A stretch of DNA of 63,782 nucleotides, filler included, from Octopus bimaculoides (Eukaryota): NCBI RefSeq assembly GCF_001194135.2. It is 7 parts of 7 records of this genome, joined end to end, with 100 filler letters (N's around TTAATTAATTAA, not from the genome) between each part and the next. Parts side by side here need not be neighbours in the genome. Positions count along the whole stretch, not along the records: positions 19,816 to 39,995 come from NC_069005.1; positions 40,096 to 51,839 come from NC_068991.1; 5 more parts are not named here. One strand, 5' to 3'. Numbering within the stretch: the stretch's first letter is position 1; every line of letters begins with the position of its first letter. The notes beneath the pieces were generated by a model. That model was not told the DNA's origin. It made no database searches and saw only the letters and a list, made by a program, of their open reading frames with translations. Made by a program: the position numbers and the translations under genes. Positions 38,591-51,839 of this stretch are shown here, piece after piece.

Positions 38591-38887
38591 AAATATTTGA
38601 GAAAAATTATATTAATGTGTCCTACTGGTTAAAATTCTATCTATTTATTTGTGCAGCTGAAGATGGCACTGCATTTAAATTGATGTAACGATTGCATTGT
38701 TCAATTAAATGGAGCCACTTGAAATGGCCGTACTGCATCACTACTTCATATCCTGTTGCTTATTTTGCTTTTATTTTGCTTTTATTTACCTTACTTCAAG
38801 CTGTGCGGATAATACTGGACTGGCTTGGTGCTTCAACTTAAGTACCTAATTTAACTGAATCTCAATTATTCCTTATATATGTATGTG

Positions 38888-38925
<38 letters not shown>

Positions 38926-40095
38926 TGCACACATACATACACACATACATATTCACAAAGTCATATAGTAGGCAGAAACTGAAAGAAGCCCATCATATGT
39001 GTGTGCATGTGTGTGTGTGTCTTTATGTCTGTGCTTGTCCCCCCACCACTGTTTGATAACTAGTCTTGGCGTGTTTACATCCCTGGAACTTAGCAGTTCG
39101 ACAAAAGATCTGAATTACTACCAGGCTTTAATAAATAAGTACTGGGGTAGATTCCGTGGACTAAGATAGTTCAAGGCAGTGCCCCAGCATGGTCACAGTC
39201 CAATCATTGAAGCAAGTAAATTATGCAAATAAAAGATGGAAGATGCACACAAACATAAACACACACATATGCATCATACATGCATACACATTTTCACACA
39301 AACATACATTCACACATATATGCCCACATATGTACAAACACACACACACGTGTGTGTTTGTGTTTGTATGTGTGTGAGTGTATACATGACATTTCACTCA
39401 CTACTGTTTTCTAATCATCTTCATGCGAAGGTCTTCACGATATACCATCATTCTTGGTCTGAAAATTCGATGACATACATGCTTTACTCCTTTGCTGCAA
39501 GATATTGGAACGGAATCAACTTCCCGTTGATCTTTTGTTGTCTAGTTTGATTGAAATATCTAAATATCATGCAAACTGCCTTTTATTCAGTGATTGTTAT
39601 CATATCAATGGCTGTTCTTTGATACATGCAGAGTTCAAACTTGTTTGTGTACATTCTGAACCTTAGTAACTTAAAAGAGTGGCAAGGCTCTGGAGAAGAT
39701 AGAATTTCCTCACAGAAGTTATAATTTTAAATAAAAGTATTTGTTTGCTGCACATAAAACATCTTCTGTGTGTATTCTGCTGGTGTTCTGCATGAACTAG
39801 TGCATAATTCTGTTAATCATTGGTTATAAAGGTATGAGGTGCAACAGGGCAACTGGACAATAGGACTAGTTTAGTAATACAATAACTGGGTGTCAACAAG
39901 CTTAGCTAACTAAGTGATTGGGCAGCTAGTTTTCGGTATCTTTTAAGGAAGCAGATATGTGTTTGTACGTGTGTACATATCTATATATATATATANNNNN
40001 NNNNNNNNNNNNNNNNNNNNNNNNNNNNNNNNNNNNNNNTTAATTAATTAANNNNNNNNNNNNNNNNNNNNNNNNNNNNNNNNNNNNNNNNNNNN

Positions 40096-40130
<35 letters not shown>

Positions 40131-41727
40131 TATATATATATATATGCATGTCTATATATAGATGTACGGGTGAATGGATGTGTGTGTGTGTGTATAAATT
40201 GTAGAGGAATGGCCAAATAACAGGAAAAGTAGGAAGGAGGTAAGGAAGAAACGAAAGAAAAAAGAAAGGAAGAACTAAAACAAGAATTAAAGAAAGAAAG
40301 AAAGAAAGAAAGAAAGAGAAAGAAAGAAAGAAAGAAAGGGAGACTAACAAATACACGAGTAAACAAAGAAACAGAGAGAGGGGGAGAGGGAATTCGTAAG
40401 GAAGAAAGCGAATAAAAAAACATGAACAGCAAATGCATTAAAGAACAAAGAAAAACAATGGGCAAAAGAACAAAATAAATATAAAACAAATATATAACAA
40501 ATATATATATAGACAAAAAATAGAGAGAGAGGAGGGGGATAGAAGAGGAAAGAGAATTTTTTAAAAATCAAGACAACAACCAAAAGAAAAGAACAAAAAT
40601 GACCAAAAGAAAGAATGAGAGAAAATAACCGAAGTTCTGTAATAATGCGCATGTCGATAAATAATATAAATAATAATAATAATTATCATTATTATTATTA
40701 TTGTTTCTAAGGTAGCGAGCTGGCAGAATCGTTAGCACGCTGGATGAGATGCTTATCGGAATTTCGCCCGTCGTTACGTTCTTTGCTACTTCGCTACTTT
40801 AACTTCTATCCTTTATCGGGGTCGATAAATTAAGTACCAGTTACGCACTGGAGTCTATGTAACCGACTAGCCCTCTCTCCCAAAATTTCAAGCCTTGTGC
40901 CTAGGTTTATATATATATATATATATATATNNNNNNNNNNNNNNNNNNNNNNNNNNNNNNNNNNNNNNNNNNNNNNNNNNNNNNNNNNNNNNNNNNNNNN
41001 NNNNNNNNNNNNNNNNNNNNNNNNNNNNNNNNNNNNNNNNNNNNNNNNNNNNNNNNNNNNNNNNNNNNNNNNNNNNNNNNNNNNNNNNNNNNNNNNNNNN
41101 NNNNNNNNNNNNNNNNNNNNNNNNNNNNNNNNNNNNNNNNNNNNNNNNNNNNNNNNNNNNNNNNNNNNNNNNNNNNNNNNNNNNNNNNNNNNNNNNNNNN
41201 NNNNNNNNNNNNNNNNNNNNNNNNNNNNNNNNNNNNNNNNNNNNNNNNNNNNNNNNNNNNNNNNNNNNNNNNNNNNNNNNNNNNNNNNNNNNNNNNNNNN
41301 NNNNNNNNNNNNNNNNNNNNNNNNNNNNNNNNNNNNNNNNNNNNNGGATTAAGTTTTGTATACTAATTATGAAAATGAAATACATCTTTCCTATAAACGT
41401 ATAATTAAAGAGTTATTAACCTTTAAAATTTGCAAAATGTGGGTATTTTAGTCAATCAGAAACGCGTATTTTACACATCACCATGGCGAAAACCTGTTTC
41501 GATAGTAACCAAAGATGATGTGCGTGCTCGCAAGGAGATTGAGATACGAGAAAAATAATCTTATACTATGAATGAGAAAGGAAGGGATGATAGATGAATA
41601 AGGAAGGAAGGGGTGATGGCAAACTGGTGTGATGGTGAACATTCAACGCTGAAAAGAAAAGTCAAACAGCGTTTCAACACTGAGTGAATATATGTGTGTG
41701 TATGTAAAAAGGAGGCATGTGAATATT

Positions 41728-41765
<38 letters not shown>

Positions 41766-43977
41766 TGTGCAATGGAAGTAGAATGATGCACATTCAACGC
41801 TGAAAAGAAAAATCAAACAGCGTATCAACTCTGTGTGAGTATAGGTGTGTATGTGTGTAAATTGTTTCAGTCATTTGACTGCAGCCATGCTGGAACACCG
41901 CCTTTAGTCGAACAAATCGACCCCAGGACTTGTTCTTTGTAAGCTTAGTACTTATTTTATCGGTCTCTTCATGCCGAACCGCTACGTTACGGGGACGTAA
42001 GCACTTCAACATCGGTTGTCAAGCGATGGTGGCGCAACAAACACAGACACAAGCATATACATGTATACGACAGGCTTCTTTCAGTTTCCGTCTACCAAAT
42101 TCACTCACAAGGCTTTGGTCATCCCGAGCAGAAGACACTTGCCCAACGTACCACCCGGAGCCATGTGGTTGAGAATCAAGCTTCTTACCAATCAGCCACG
42201 CCTGCGCCTATAGTAGAAAGGATTATTGCTTTGGCACACGTTCTGTAATTTAAGGGGCATGGGATTAGGAGGGTTACATTGCGGAGTAGATTTTAATGGT
42301 TATCCCCAGACACAACAAAATATTAATTCGTTGCAGGTGAAATTTTCCGTTTTCATTTGCAACGGTCTCTCACTCTATCTCACCTCTATTTTCATTAATA
42401 ATAATTGAATATATATTCATTTCAATGTTTTCATTTCAAGCTTTAACTTGCTATTTGCAAAACCCACAGTTTATTCCATATACGTAATGTAAAAAAATTA
42501 TTTATGAACGAATGCTAATGCACAAAATGGCTGTATAAATTTGCGAGGCACAATTTCAAGATTAATATCAGTTTCCGGTGTTTGTTAATGAATATTTATT
42601 AATATTCATTTTAATATACTGATATAATTTTTTGAAAATAAATTAAGAAGTGATTTTGTTAGTATGGTTGTTTGGAATGTTGTAAGGCTTACAATAATAA
42701 CTATGTGATCGCTGTTATTTCTAGCACGCTAAACGTTGTTGGATTACCTTACAGATATATTACAACTACGATAAATTACGATAAATTACTAAAAGAAATA
42801 TTTACTAAGCAAGTGAGATTTTTTATAAATTGAAGTTTTCGGGAAGATTTTCTTTCTGAACTTCCTTTTATTATTGAATATCAAGTTCACAAATTTAAAT
42901 ATTCAGTACAAGTTTTTTTTTTTTATGATCTTTTATTTATACGAGCTTTTCACTTCATGTTTATTTCATTCATTTTTTTATTTGCAAAGTTCTCTCTCAC
43001 CCTCACACACACACACTGCCTCGCTAATATAAGCATACATACACTCCAGGCTTGATTTTGCTATTACACAAATATCATATTAGAATTTTGCAATTCAACA
43101 TGGATCGTCCAAAAAGTATGCGACTGGAAAAGCTTTTTTTTTTTTTGCACACTAAACGTAGCGGGACTACCGTGATGTTTGTTTGAAAAAAAGAGATTAT
43201 AAATATGGTAAAATAATGGAAGCAATATTTACTAAGCAAGTAAGCACTATTATACAAAGAAATAAACGTAAAATATAAAAATTATTAGAATTGGGAATCA
43301 AGTGTGAAAATATTATCAAGCGGCCAGCAGAAAACTGCCCGGAGGGCGGTCTTTCTGCTAGTATGTATAAGCGGGGAATACGGATTCAAAGAATCAAACA
43401 GAGCTTACATTTGTATGAATGGGTGTGCGTATATATTCATATGTATAGTTCATACACGTTCGAATGGTGATATAATGTCAATTATACAACATTATTATGA
43501 AACAGAAGTAAACTAATGGAATAAACATCGGTTCTCTCACTTCACTTCTCTTATCTGACACAAATTGTTGGAAGTGTATGTACGTATTCATTTAGTATTT
43601 CAGTATATTCGAGTATTTTCAAATATCACTTCGTTTTGTTGCAATTGGGCATCATTATATTATTGTAGTTTATTTTTATTTTTTTAACTTTTATTAATAC
43701 CTTTGTACAAAAACCCATTTTCGTTAGAAGTGCGAAATATGACAATTATATATGTGTACATATACGGTTTCAAACATCGGTACAATATCAACAATTTAGA
43801 GAGGAGAGAACATTTACGTCGACCTCAGTACACGGCTGATACTTAATAAACCGACTCCGAAATGACGATAGATAAATTAGCTTTTGAAATGCACCTTTTG
43901 AAATGCGACTAAGCATTTTGTCCGGTGCGATACCTGTTTCTGCTGGCTCACCGTTCTTATGTATGTGTGCGTATGTA

Positions 43978-44031
<54 letters not shown>

Positions 44032-44912
44032 NNNNNNNNNNNNNNNNNNNNNNNNNNNNNNNNNNNNNNNNNNNNNNNNNNNNNNNNNNNNNNNNNNNNN
44101 NNNNNNNNNNNNNNNNNNNNNNNNNNNNNNNNNNNNNNNNNNNNNNNNNNNNNNNNNNNNNNNNNNNNNNNNNNNNNNNNNNNNNNNNNNNNNNNNNNNN
44201 NNNNNNNNNNNNNNNNNNNNNNNNNNNNNNNNNNNNNNNNNNNNNNNNNNNNNNNNNNNNNNNNNNNNNNNNNNNNNNNNNNNNNNNNNNNNNNNNNNNN
44301 NNNNNNNNNNNNNNNNNNNNNNNNNNNNNNNNNNNNNNNNNNNNNNNNNNNNNNNNNNNNNNNNNNNNNNNNNNNNNNNNNNNNNNNNNNNNNNNNNNNN
44401 NNNNNNNNNNNNNNNNNNNNNNNNNNNNNNNNNGAATACATCGTTCGTACGTCGGACAAAACGCTTAGAAGCGCTTCTTCAAAGATTTTACGTTCTGCGT
44501 TCAAGCTCAACTGAGGTCGACTTGACATTTCATCCTTTCGGTAGTCAATAAAATAGGTGCTAGTTCAATGCTAGGGAACGACGCCCTTCAAAATTGCTCA
44601 CCTAGAACCACAATTAGAAAGAATTATTAAGAATACATCGTAAGTAAATCGGTTTTGCGGCACTTATTCCAGGTCTGTACGTTCTGAATTTAAATTCCGT
44701 TGAGGCCGACTTCATCTTTCATCTTTTCTGAATCGATAAAATAGCTACCAGTTGAAATCTGAGGTCCATGTAATCGACTTCCCTATTCCTCTATAATTAC
44801 AGAACTTTTGCTAAAAGTTTTTAAAGGCGACGAAGCGACAGAGTCTCTAAGGGCGTCGAAATAAGAGGAAAGCACTGAGCGGATATGATGTTTTTACATC
44901 TTTTACCATAAG

Positions 44913-45000
44913 CAAACAATTTTGGGGACATGGTAACTACAATGAATACTCAGGCTGGCATGATTCGAAAGCAATATGAGGAAGCGCATTGTGACCAGCG
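44913..45000 (+). CDS. Unassigned candidate exon
   Basis: Pyrimidine tract + AAG acceptor, strong donor CG|GTATGT, one open frame (x)NNFGDMVTTMNTQAGMIRKQYEEAHCDQ(R). No family recognised. Confidence 0.3.
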
Positions 45001-46349
45001 GTATGTAAGAACATCCGATTGTCTTGTCAATTCACTGATACAGTGAAGTGTGTGTGTATGTGTTTATGTGTGTATATGGGTGGATATTGGTATATATGTA
45101 TGCAAAACAAAAAGAAACGGCATGAATTACAAACAAGAGCAATGAAAGATATAATAAATACCAGCCACAACAAATATCTGATTAAGTTCGAGAGGAAACA
45201 AGCACCTCGTGGTAAACTCAACCCAGCTCAGAGTAACCATGTGGTTGGGAAGCAAGCTTCTTACCACACAGCCACTCCTACATCTATATATTTAAACATA
45301 TATATATGCATACATATATATATATATATATATATATANNNNNNNNNNNNNNNNNNNNNNNNNNNNNNNNNNNNNNNNNNNNNNNNNNNNNNNNNNNNNN
45401 NNNNNNNNNNNNNNNNNNNNNNNNNNNNNNNNNNNNNNNNNNNNNNNNNNNNNNNNNNNNNNNNNNNNNNNNNNNNNNNNNNNNNNNNNNNNNNNNNNNN
45501 NNNNNNNNNNNNNNNNNNNNNNNNNNNNNNNNNNNNNNNNNNNNNNNNNNNNNNNNNNNNNNNNNNNNNNNNNNNNNNNNNNNNNNNNNNNNNNNNNNNN
45601 NNNNNNNNNNNNNNNNNNNNNNNNNNNNNNNNNNNNNNNNNNNNNNNNNNNNNNNNNNNNNNNNNNNNNNNNNNNNNNNNNNNNNNNNNNNNNNNNNNNN
45701 NNNNNNNNTATATGAAATGAGAATTTACAAAAAAAACATAAGACGAAGACAGGTGTGTAAACAACAAACAGATGTATTAGTTTAACGCTCGGGAAGTAAG
45801 AAAGTCTTTTATGTTTCGAGCCTACGCTCTTTAACAGAAAGGAACACAAAAATAAACGGGCAGAGAAAATACAAAAAGTTTTAGTGGCTAGCGATCTATC
45901 ATAGCGAATATATATACACGCACATATATATATACATACATATATGCTATACATATTGTTGCACGCATATGTTTGTGTTAGTGTGCGTGTGTGCGTGTGT
46001 GTGAGTGTGAGTGTGTGTCTGGAATGTCTACATAACAGATGGTGTTAGCTTCTTGTAAATTATTTTGCATACTTATAATTAAAAATGAAATATTTCTATT
46101 AGCAACAAAATTATAGATAAACATTCTAAGTGAGTTAGTTGTTATTGTGTTTTACATATCTAACGCTACTATCTTTCCTGGAATTAACAATATATCATTA
46201 AACAGGACTACAGCAAGCTTTTTATTATCAGGCCAACAAATGAGATTTTCGGAAGTGGTTTGCGCAGGTAGAAATAGCAACCAAATACCTCTCTAATGAC
46301 TCTCTTGAATTCTGATAAAGAAAGAAGACGGCATTGCGTAATGCAGTCC

Positions 46350-46550
46350 TTGTTGTTGTTGTCGGCACTCCGTCGCTTACGACGTCGAGGGTTCCAGTTG
46401 ATCCGATCAACGGAACAGCCTGCTCGTGAAATTAACGTGCAAGTGGCTGAGCACTCCACAGACACGTGTATCCTTAGCGTAGTTCTCGGGGATATTCAGC
46501 GTGACACACAGTGTGACAAGGCTGACCCTTTGAATTACAGGCACAACAGA
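46350..46550 (+). repeat. Interspersed repeat (ggcactccgtcg...gttccagttgatccgatcaacggaacagcc...)
   Basis: Recognised from memory as a high-copy octopus repeat; only one copy is visible here, so the call is not verified within this window. Confidence 0.55.
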
Positions 46551-48019
46551 AACAATGCTGTCTCGAATCCTAGAATCATAGGGCTGCTTTCCTGATTTCC
46601 ACGGCATATAGGTGACCGAGATCACATCCCCTAGCCTTGATCGCGACGCCAGTCCGCCGCAGAATTATTCATTCACAGCTGAGTGAACTTAGAGCAACGT
46701 GAAATGAAGTGTTTTGCTCAAAAACACAAACCACCGCCCGGTTTGAGAATTGAAATCATGATCATGTGATCTCAAGTGCAACACCCTAACAACCAGGCCA
46801 CACGCCTCTATCCTTACGAGATTCGATAAATAAAGCACCAATCAAGATCTGGGTTTGAAGTAATTGACTAATCCATGCCCCAAAATCGTGACCCTGTTTT
46901 CTTTTTTTAATAAAAATACTGCTAGGAGTTCAAAGAATTATTGTTAGTTTAAGTAATATTGCGGAGACCCCCCCCCCCCTTCGGTCAAGAATGACCATGG
47001 GATTGCACCTAGAAAGTTTCCCTCCGAGGCACAAATCCGGACAGGTTGTTTATGGGAGACTAGCAGTCGCTCATGCATACCGGCCTCCCCTCTCCGCGCC
47101 ACCGATGTTATCCAAGGGAAAGGCAAAGGAGTCGATACAGCTTGGCCTCAGTGACGTCACAACTCATTTCTACAGCTGAGTGAACTGGAGCAACGTAAAA
47201 TAAAGTATCTTGCTCAAGACCACAACACGCAGCCCAGTCCGGGATTCGAACTCACAACCTCCCGATCTAACCACTGAGCCATGCGCCTTCATAGTTTAAG
47301 CAATTAGGGTTTTATTATTAAGGTAGATTTCTTATTTACTTATTTATGTTTTGCAGGTAACAGTGAGCAGATAGGAGTGGTGCTGGTTCAAACAAAAAAA
47401 ACTGCTTTCAAATTATACCTTATGAAATCGATATTGCTAAATGGTGTTGTGTTACGAAGGGAGATAGTCAGAGGAGATACATGAAAACATAGGTGGAGGA
47501 GAGAGAATGGAAGGAATATTAATCGCTGTTACCTCTATTATTAACATGCCACCATTTCCGCCGAGACCACCACCACCACTACCACCAATGCCATCAATAA
47601 CACTGATAATCATCATCAACATCATCATCATTAACTCCTGGTCAATGCTGTGTCGAGTCCTAGAGTCATAGGCCGAAGGCGGTGAGTCGGTAGAATCGTT
47701 AGAACATCGGGCGAAATGCTCAGCGGTATTTCGTCTGCCGTTACATTCTGAGTTCAAATTCCGCCGGGGTCGACTTTGCCTTTCATCCTCTCGGAGTCGA
47801 TAAATTAAGTACCAGTTACGCACTGGGGTCGATGCAATCGACTTAAACCCTTTGTCTGTCCTTGTTTGTCCCCTCTAAGTTTATCCCCTTGTGGGCAATA
47901 AAGAAATAAGAAACGTTAGCGGCATTTCGTCTGTCTTTATGTTCTGAGTTCAAATTCCGCCGAGGCCGCCTTTCCCTTTCCCAACCACCACAAATACTAC
48001 AGCCAATACCACTATCATT

Positions 48020-48052
<33 letters not shown>

Positions 48053-48192
48053 GTCATCTCGAGTTTCTACGGCATAATTGACGGCATCTTGTCCGTCTTT
48101 ATGTCGTCAACAGCAACATAATCACTAACATCATCAGAATCACCAGCAACATAATCACCACCTTTTCGGCATTGTCGTCGTCATCGTCGTCG

Positions 48193-48237
<45 letters not shown>

Positions 48238-48326
48238 CCATTCTCCATCACCACCACCGCCACCACCAAAACCGCCAACAATAATGAGTACCACGAACAC
48301 AACCATCATTATTATCATCATTATCC

Positions 48327-48392
<66 letters not shown>

Positions 48393-48776
48393 ACCTCATA
48401 GATTAAGTCATCATTATAGATAGACCATCAACCATCATCACCGTCATTTGCATCATCATGAATATCTTCAACTATTAACGTACAAAGAACACGACCACCA
48501 CATCCGCCAACAACACCATCGCAGTCATCACCATCAGCAGCAGCAAGAACAACAACAACACCAACATTACCATTAGCAGCAGCAGCATGTTCACATTCAT
48601 ATTCCTATATGTTCTCTACACGGTAAAAGAATTTCAACCATTCTGCATCGAAAGATACCTGCTAGAAGTCACACCACTGCCTTCACTACACTCTCGCCTC
48701 ACACCCTCTCTGCACCTCTCTCTTCCTATTACCAAATCGCTTGCGCTCTTATTCTCTCTTTATCTCTTATGCACTC

Positions 48777-48815
<39 letters not shown>

Positions 48816-49002
48816 NNNNNNNNNNNNNNNNNNNNNNNNNNNNNNNNNNNNNNNNNNNNNNNNNNNNNNNNNNNNNNNNNNNNNNNNNNNNNNNNNNNNN
48901 NNNNNNNNNNNNNNNNNNNNNNNNNNNNNNNNNNNTATATATATGTATATATGCATACATACACACACACACTAGGTATAAAAGTAATGGTTTATTATTT
49001 TT

Positions 49003-50260
49003 ATTAAAAAACTAAGATATATGCATACAAATAAATGATTTGAGGTGGAATTAAGAAGTATAAAAATCATTATCATGAGTTAATATAGAAAGTCATACCG
49101 GTTTCCTCATCGCTGTTCACTGACTTTGAATCAACACCGAATTCCAAACGGTGTTAGGTCTAATGTTACCTGAGTGAAAAGGTTGCATGCAGGGAAGGTA
49201 AGCAGTTCTGAAAGTGAAGCAGTTAGGTTAATATGATTAATAGAGTATGAATGGTATACGGGATGTATGAGGATTACTGGGATTATTGATATTAGTAAGG
49301 TTAGTAGTGTCCTGTATTAAGTTGTGTGTTCATGTTAAGTTGTGGCTGATATTTATTAATGAAAGTTGCCTCTTTATTTAGTTTTTGCTGCACTGAGGTG
49401 TTCTGGGAACATTGATTAAAAAGGAAAATTAAGAAGCTGGGTTTAAGGATTCTAGCATATCTATCTATGTGCTCACTGACCAGTATCTCTATATTGTGGG
49501 AAGCGGATTTGTTCTTTGTGAAGCTTTGTTCTTCGTCTGAGGGACATTCGAGTTTGGCCTATATAGTGGTTTCCGTAACCTAAGCAGGTATTAACATAGA
49601 TTAACTTTTCAGAGGCACAAGTGAAATTTGACTTTATCTTAAATATTTCGCCTTGTTTGTAGTGAAATTCTGTACCCTCCAAAAGGTGGGGACATGTGCA
49701 ATAGTTAGGCTTCCTGCATTTTTCCACTTTTGGTTCCGTTGTTAACGGATATAGTCTTGCGCCGGTTAATATTTTTTTCAATGATTTCGGTTACATTTTG
49801 CTTTTCGTAATTTTGTGTGAGCACAAAATTTGGTTTGTTGTTTTACCTCCAGTGGGAATGGATAGATTTTTGGGTGATGATGTTGGACGCCTTATTGTTT
49901 CTTGGGTTATGTTTAGACATGTATGGGAGTACTTTTAAATTTGGTGTAGTTTCCTAATTTTCCATTTTTAATCAATGTTCCCAGAACACCTCAGTGCAGC
50001 AAAGACTAAATAAAGAGGCAACTTTCATTAATAAATTATCAACCACAACTTAGCATGAACACAACTTAATACAGGACACTACTAACCTTACTCAAGTACT
50101 ATTAGACCCAACACCGTTTGGAATTCGGTGTTGATTCAAAGTCAGTGAACAGCGATGAGGAAACCGGTATGACTTTCTATATCAACTCATGATAGTGATT
50201 TTTATACTTCTTAATTCCGTCTCAAATCATTTATTTGTATGCGTAGATCTTTGTTTTAAT
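49003..50260 (-). mobile_element. 5'-truncated Penelope-like element with inverted pseudo-LTR arms around a GIY-YIG coding remnant
   Basis: ORF 49473-49781: KCRKPNYCTCP...LIYVNTCLGYGNHYIGQTRMSLRRRTKLH (GIY-YIG). Arms ~49003-49435 and ~49950-50260 are reverse complements; the left arm has ~120 extra nt. Confidence 0.85.
50138..50176 (+). ncRNA. Hammerhead-ribozyme-like motif, G3-C8 core variant (sense copy at 49089-49127, minus strand)
   Basis: AAAGTCA-GTGAACA-GCGATGAG-GAAA-CCG-GTA-TGACTTT: 7-bp stem I, palindromic ACCGGT stem III, GUA triplet; stem II essentially unpaired. Confidence 0.4.
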
Positions 50261-50305
50261 GTAATTTCATGTAAGCTCTTGTGGCCAATAAACGAATCAT
50301 TATTA

Positions 50306-50421
<116 letters not shown>

Positions 50422-51314
50422 ATGTAAAGCGGTGAGTTTTGTTTGCAGGATCGTTAGCAAGCCTGGCAAAATGTTTAGCGGCATTTTATTGTTCACATTC
50501 AGAGTTCAAATGCCGCCAGGGTCGATCTTGCCTTTCATCATTTCGGGGTCGATAAAATAAGCACCAGTTGAATGCTGAGATCGATGTCATCGACTTACAA
50601 TCACCCCGAACTTACTGGCCTTCTGCCCAAATTTAAAACCATCGTTAGTCTTGTTGTTGTTGTTGCTGTTGTTGTTGTCATTACAGCAGCACTCGGTTCT
50701 ATAATTCAGAGAACGAAACAGGTGGAGTAGGGAACAGACGATAAGTTAAGGAAAGGAGAAAGAGTGGGCGGTGTATTTTGACGCATTGGTAGTATGAGTG
50801 GGAGGTGTGTAGAGAGGGAGGTGATGCGAAGAGAGAAAGGGTGGAAAGGATGAGGACGAGAATTATAGTGTTAGGGAGATGAGAGACAGGAAGAGACATA
50901 CATGAGGTGGGGGTGCATTATATATATATATATATATNNNNNNNNNNNNNNNNNNNNNNNNNNNNNNNNNNNNNNNNNNNNNNNNNNNNNNNNNNNNNNN
51001 NNNNNNNNNNNNNNNNNNNNNNNNNNNNNNNNNNNNNNNNNNNNNNNNNNNNNNNNNNNNNNNNNNNNNNNNNNNNNNNNNNNNNNNNNNNNNNNNNNNN
51101 NNNNNNNNNNNNNNNNNNNNNNNNNNNNNNNNNNNNNNNNNNNNNNNNNNNNNNNNNNNNNNNNNNNNNNNNNNNNNNNNNNNNNNNNNNNNNNNNNNNN
51201 NNNNNNNNNNNNNNNNNNNNNNNNNNNNNNNNNNNNNNNNNNNNNNNNNNNNNNNNNNNNNNNNNNNNNNNNNNNNNNNNNNNNNNNNNNNNNNNNNNNN
51301 NNNTATATATATAC

Positions 51315-51345
<31 letters not shown>

Positions 51346-51456
51346 ATATATTATATATTTATATATATAAAGGATACCTCGCTTTAGTCTGAAACTGGTC
51401 TAATGACACTGATCGAGAAATGGTTTTTGTAAATATTATGCTGAGTCGTAGTGGTG

Positions 51457-51488
<32 letters not shown>

Positions 51489-51802
51489 TGTTGTTGTTGT
51501 TGTTGTAGTAGTAGTAGTGTTTATTAGACCAAAGTGTTTTTAGACCAAAGTGTTGAGATCAAAGTATGTTATTAGATCAAAGTGCTTTGGACCAAAGTAC
51601 CTAGGCCTACGCACACGGACACGCATACACACACAAATGCACACACATACACACCCACGCGCGCACACACAAACACAAACACACACACAAGATCACACTG
51701 ATACAAACATACACACCATCACACACCCATGTGTATTATATATAACATTTTATGTTTACGCTTTAGCTAATTATATATATATATATATTCATATATCTAT
51801 GT

Positions 51803-51839
<37 letters not shown>

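Noticed and set aside
46208-46465. Minus ORF SVECSATCTLISRAGCS...RRRKRRSA...DCITQC, resembling a Cys-rich prohormone or toxin precursor
   Set aside because: No ATG, signal peptide or good splice sites; upstream in-frame stop. Most of it overlaps a sequence I recall as a high-copy octopus repeat (a repeat-library search would confirm).
48099-48423. Poly-His, poly-Asp and poly-Ser ORFs, and the many (HT)n, (CV)n, (YI)n, poly-N/I/K ORFs in the track
   Set aside because: Translations of microsatellites or of N gaps; no splice or domain context.
51520-51600. Short regularly spaced repeats (gaccaaagtg about 5 times; similar arrays at 30210-30255, 53680-53730, 63283-63327) as CRISPR-like
   Set aside because: Units are 11-17 nt with no unique spacers and no cas genes, in a eukaryote; these are minisatellites or transposon subterminal motifs.
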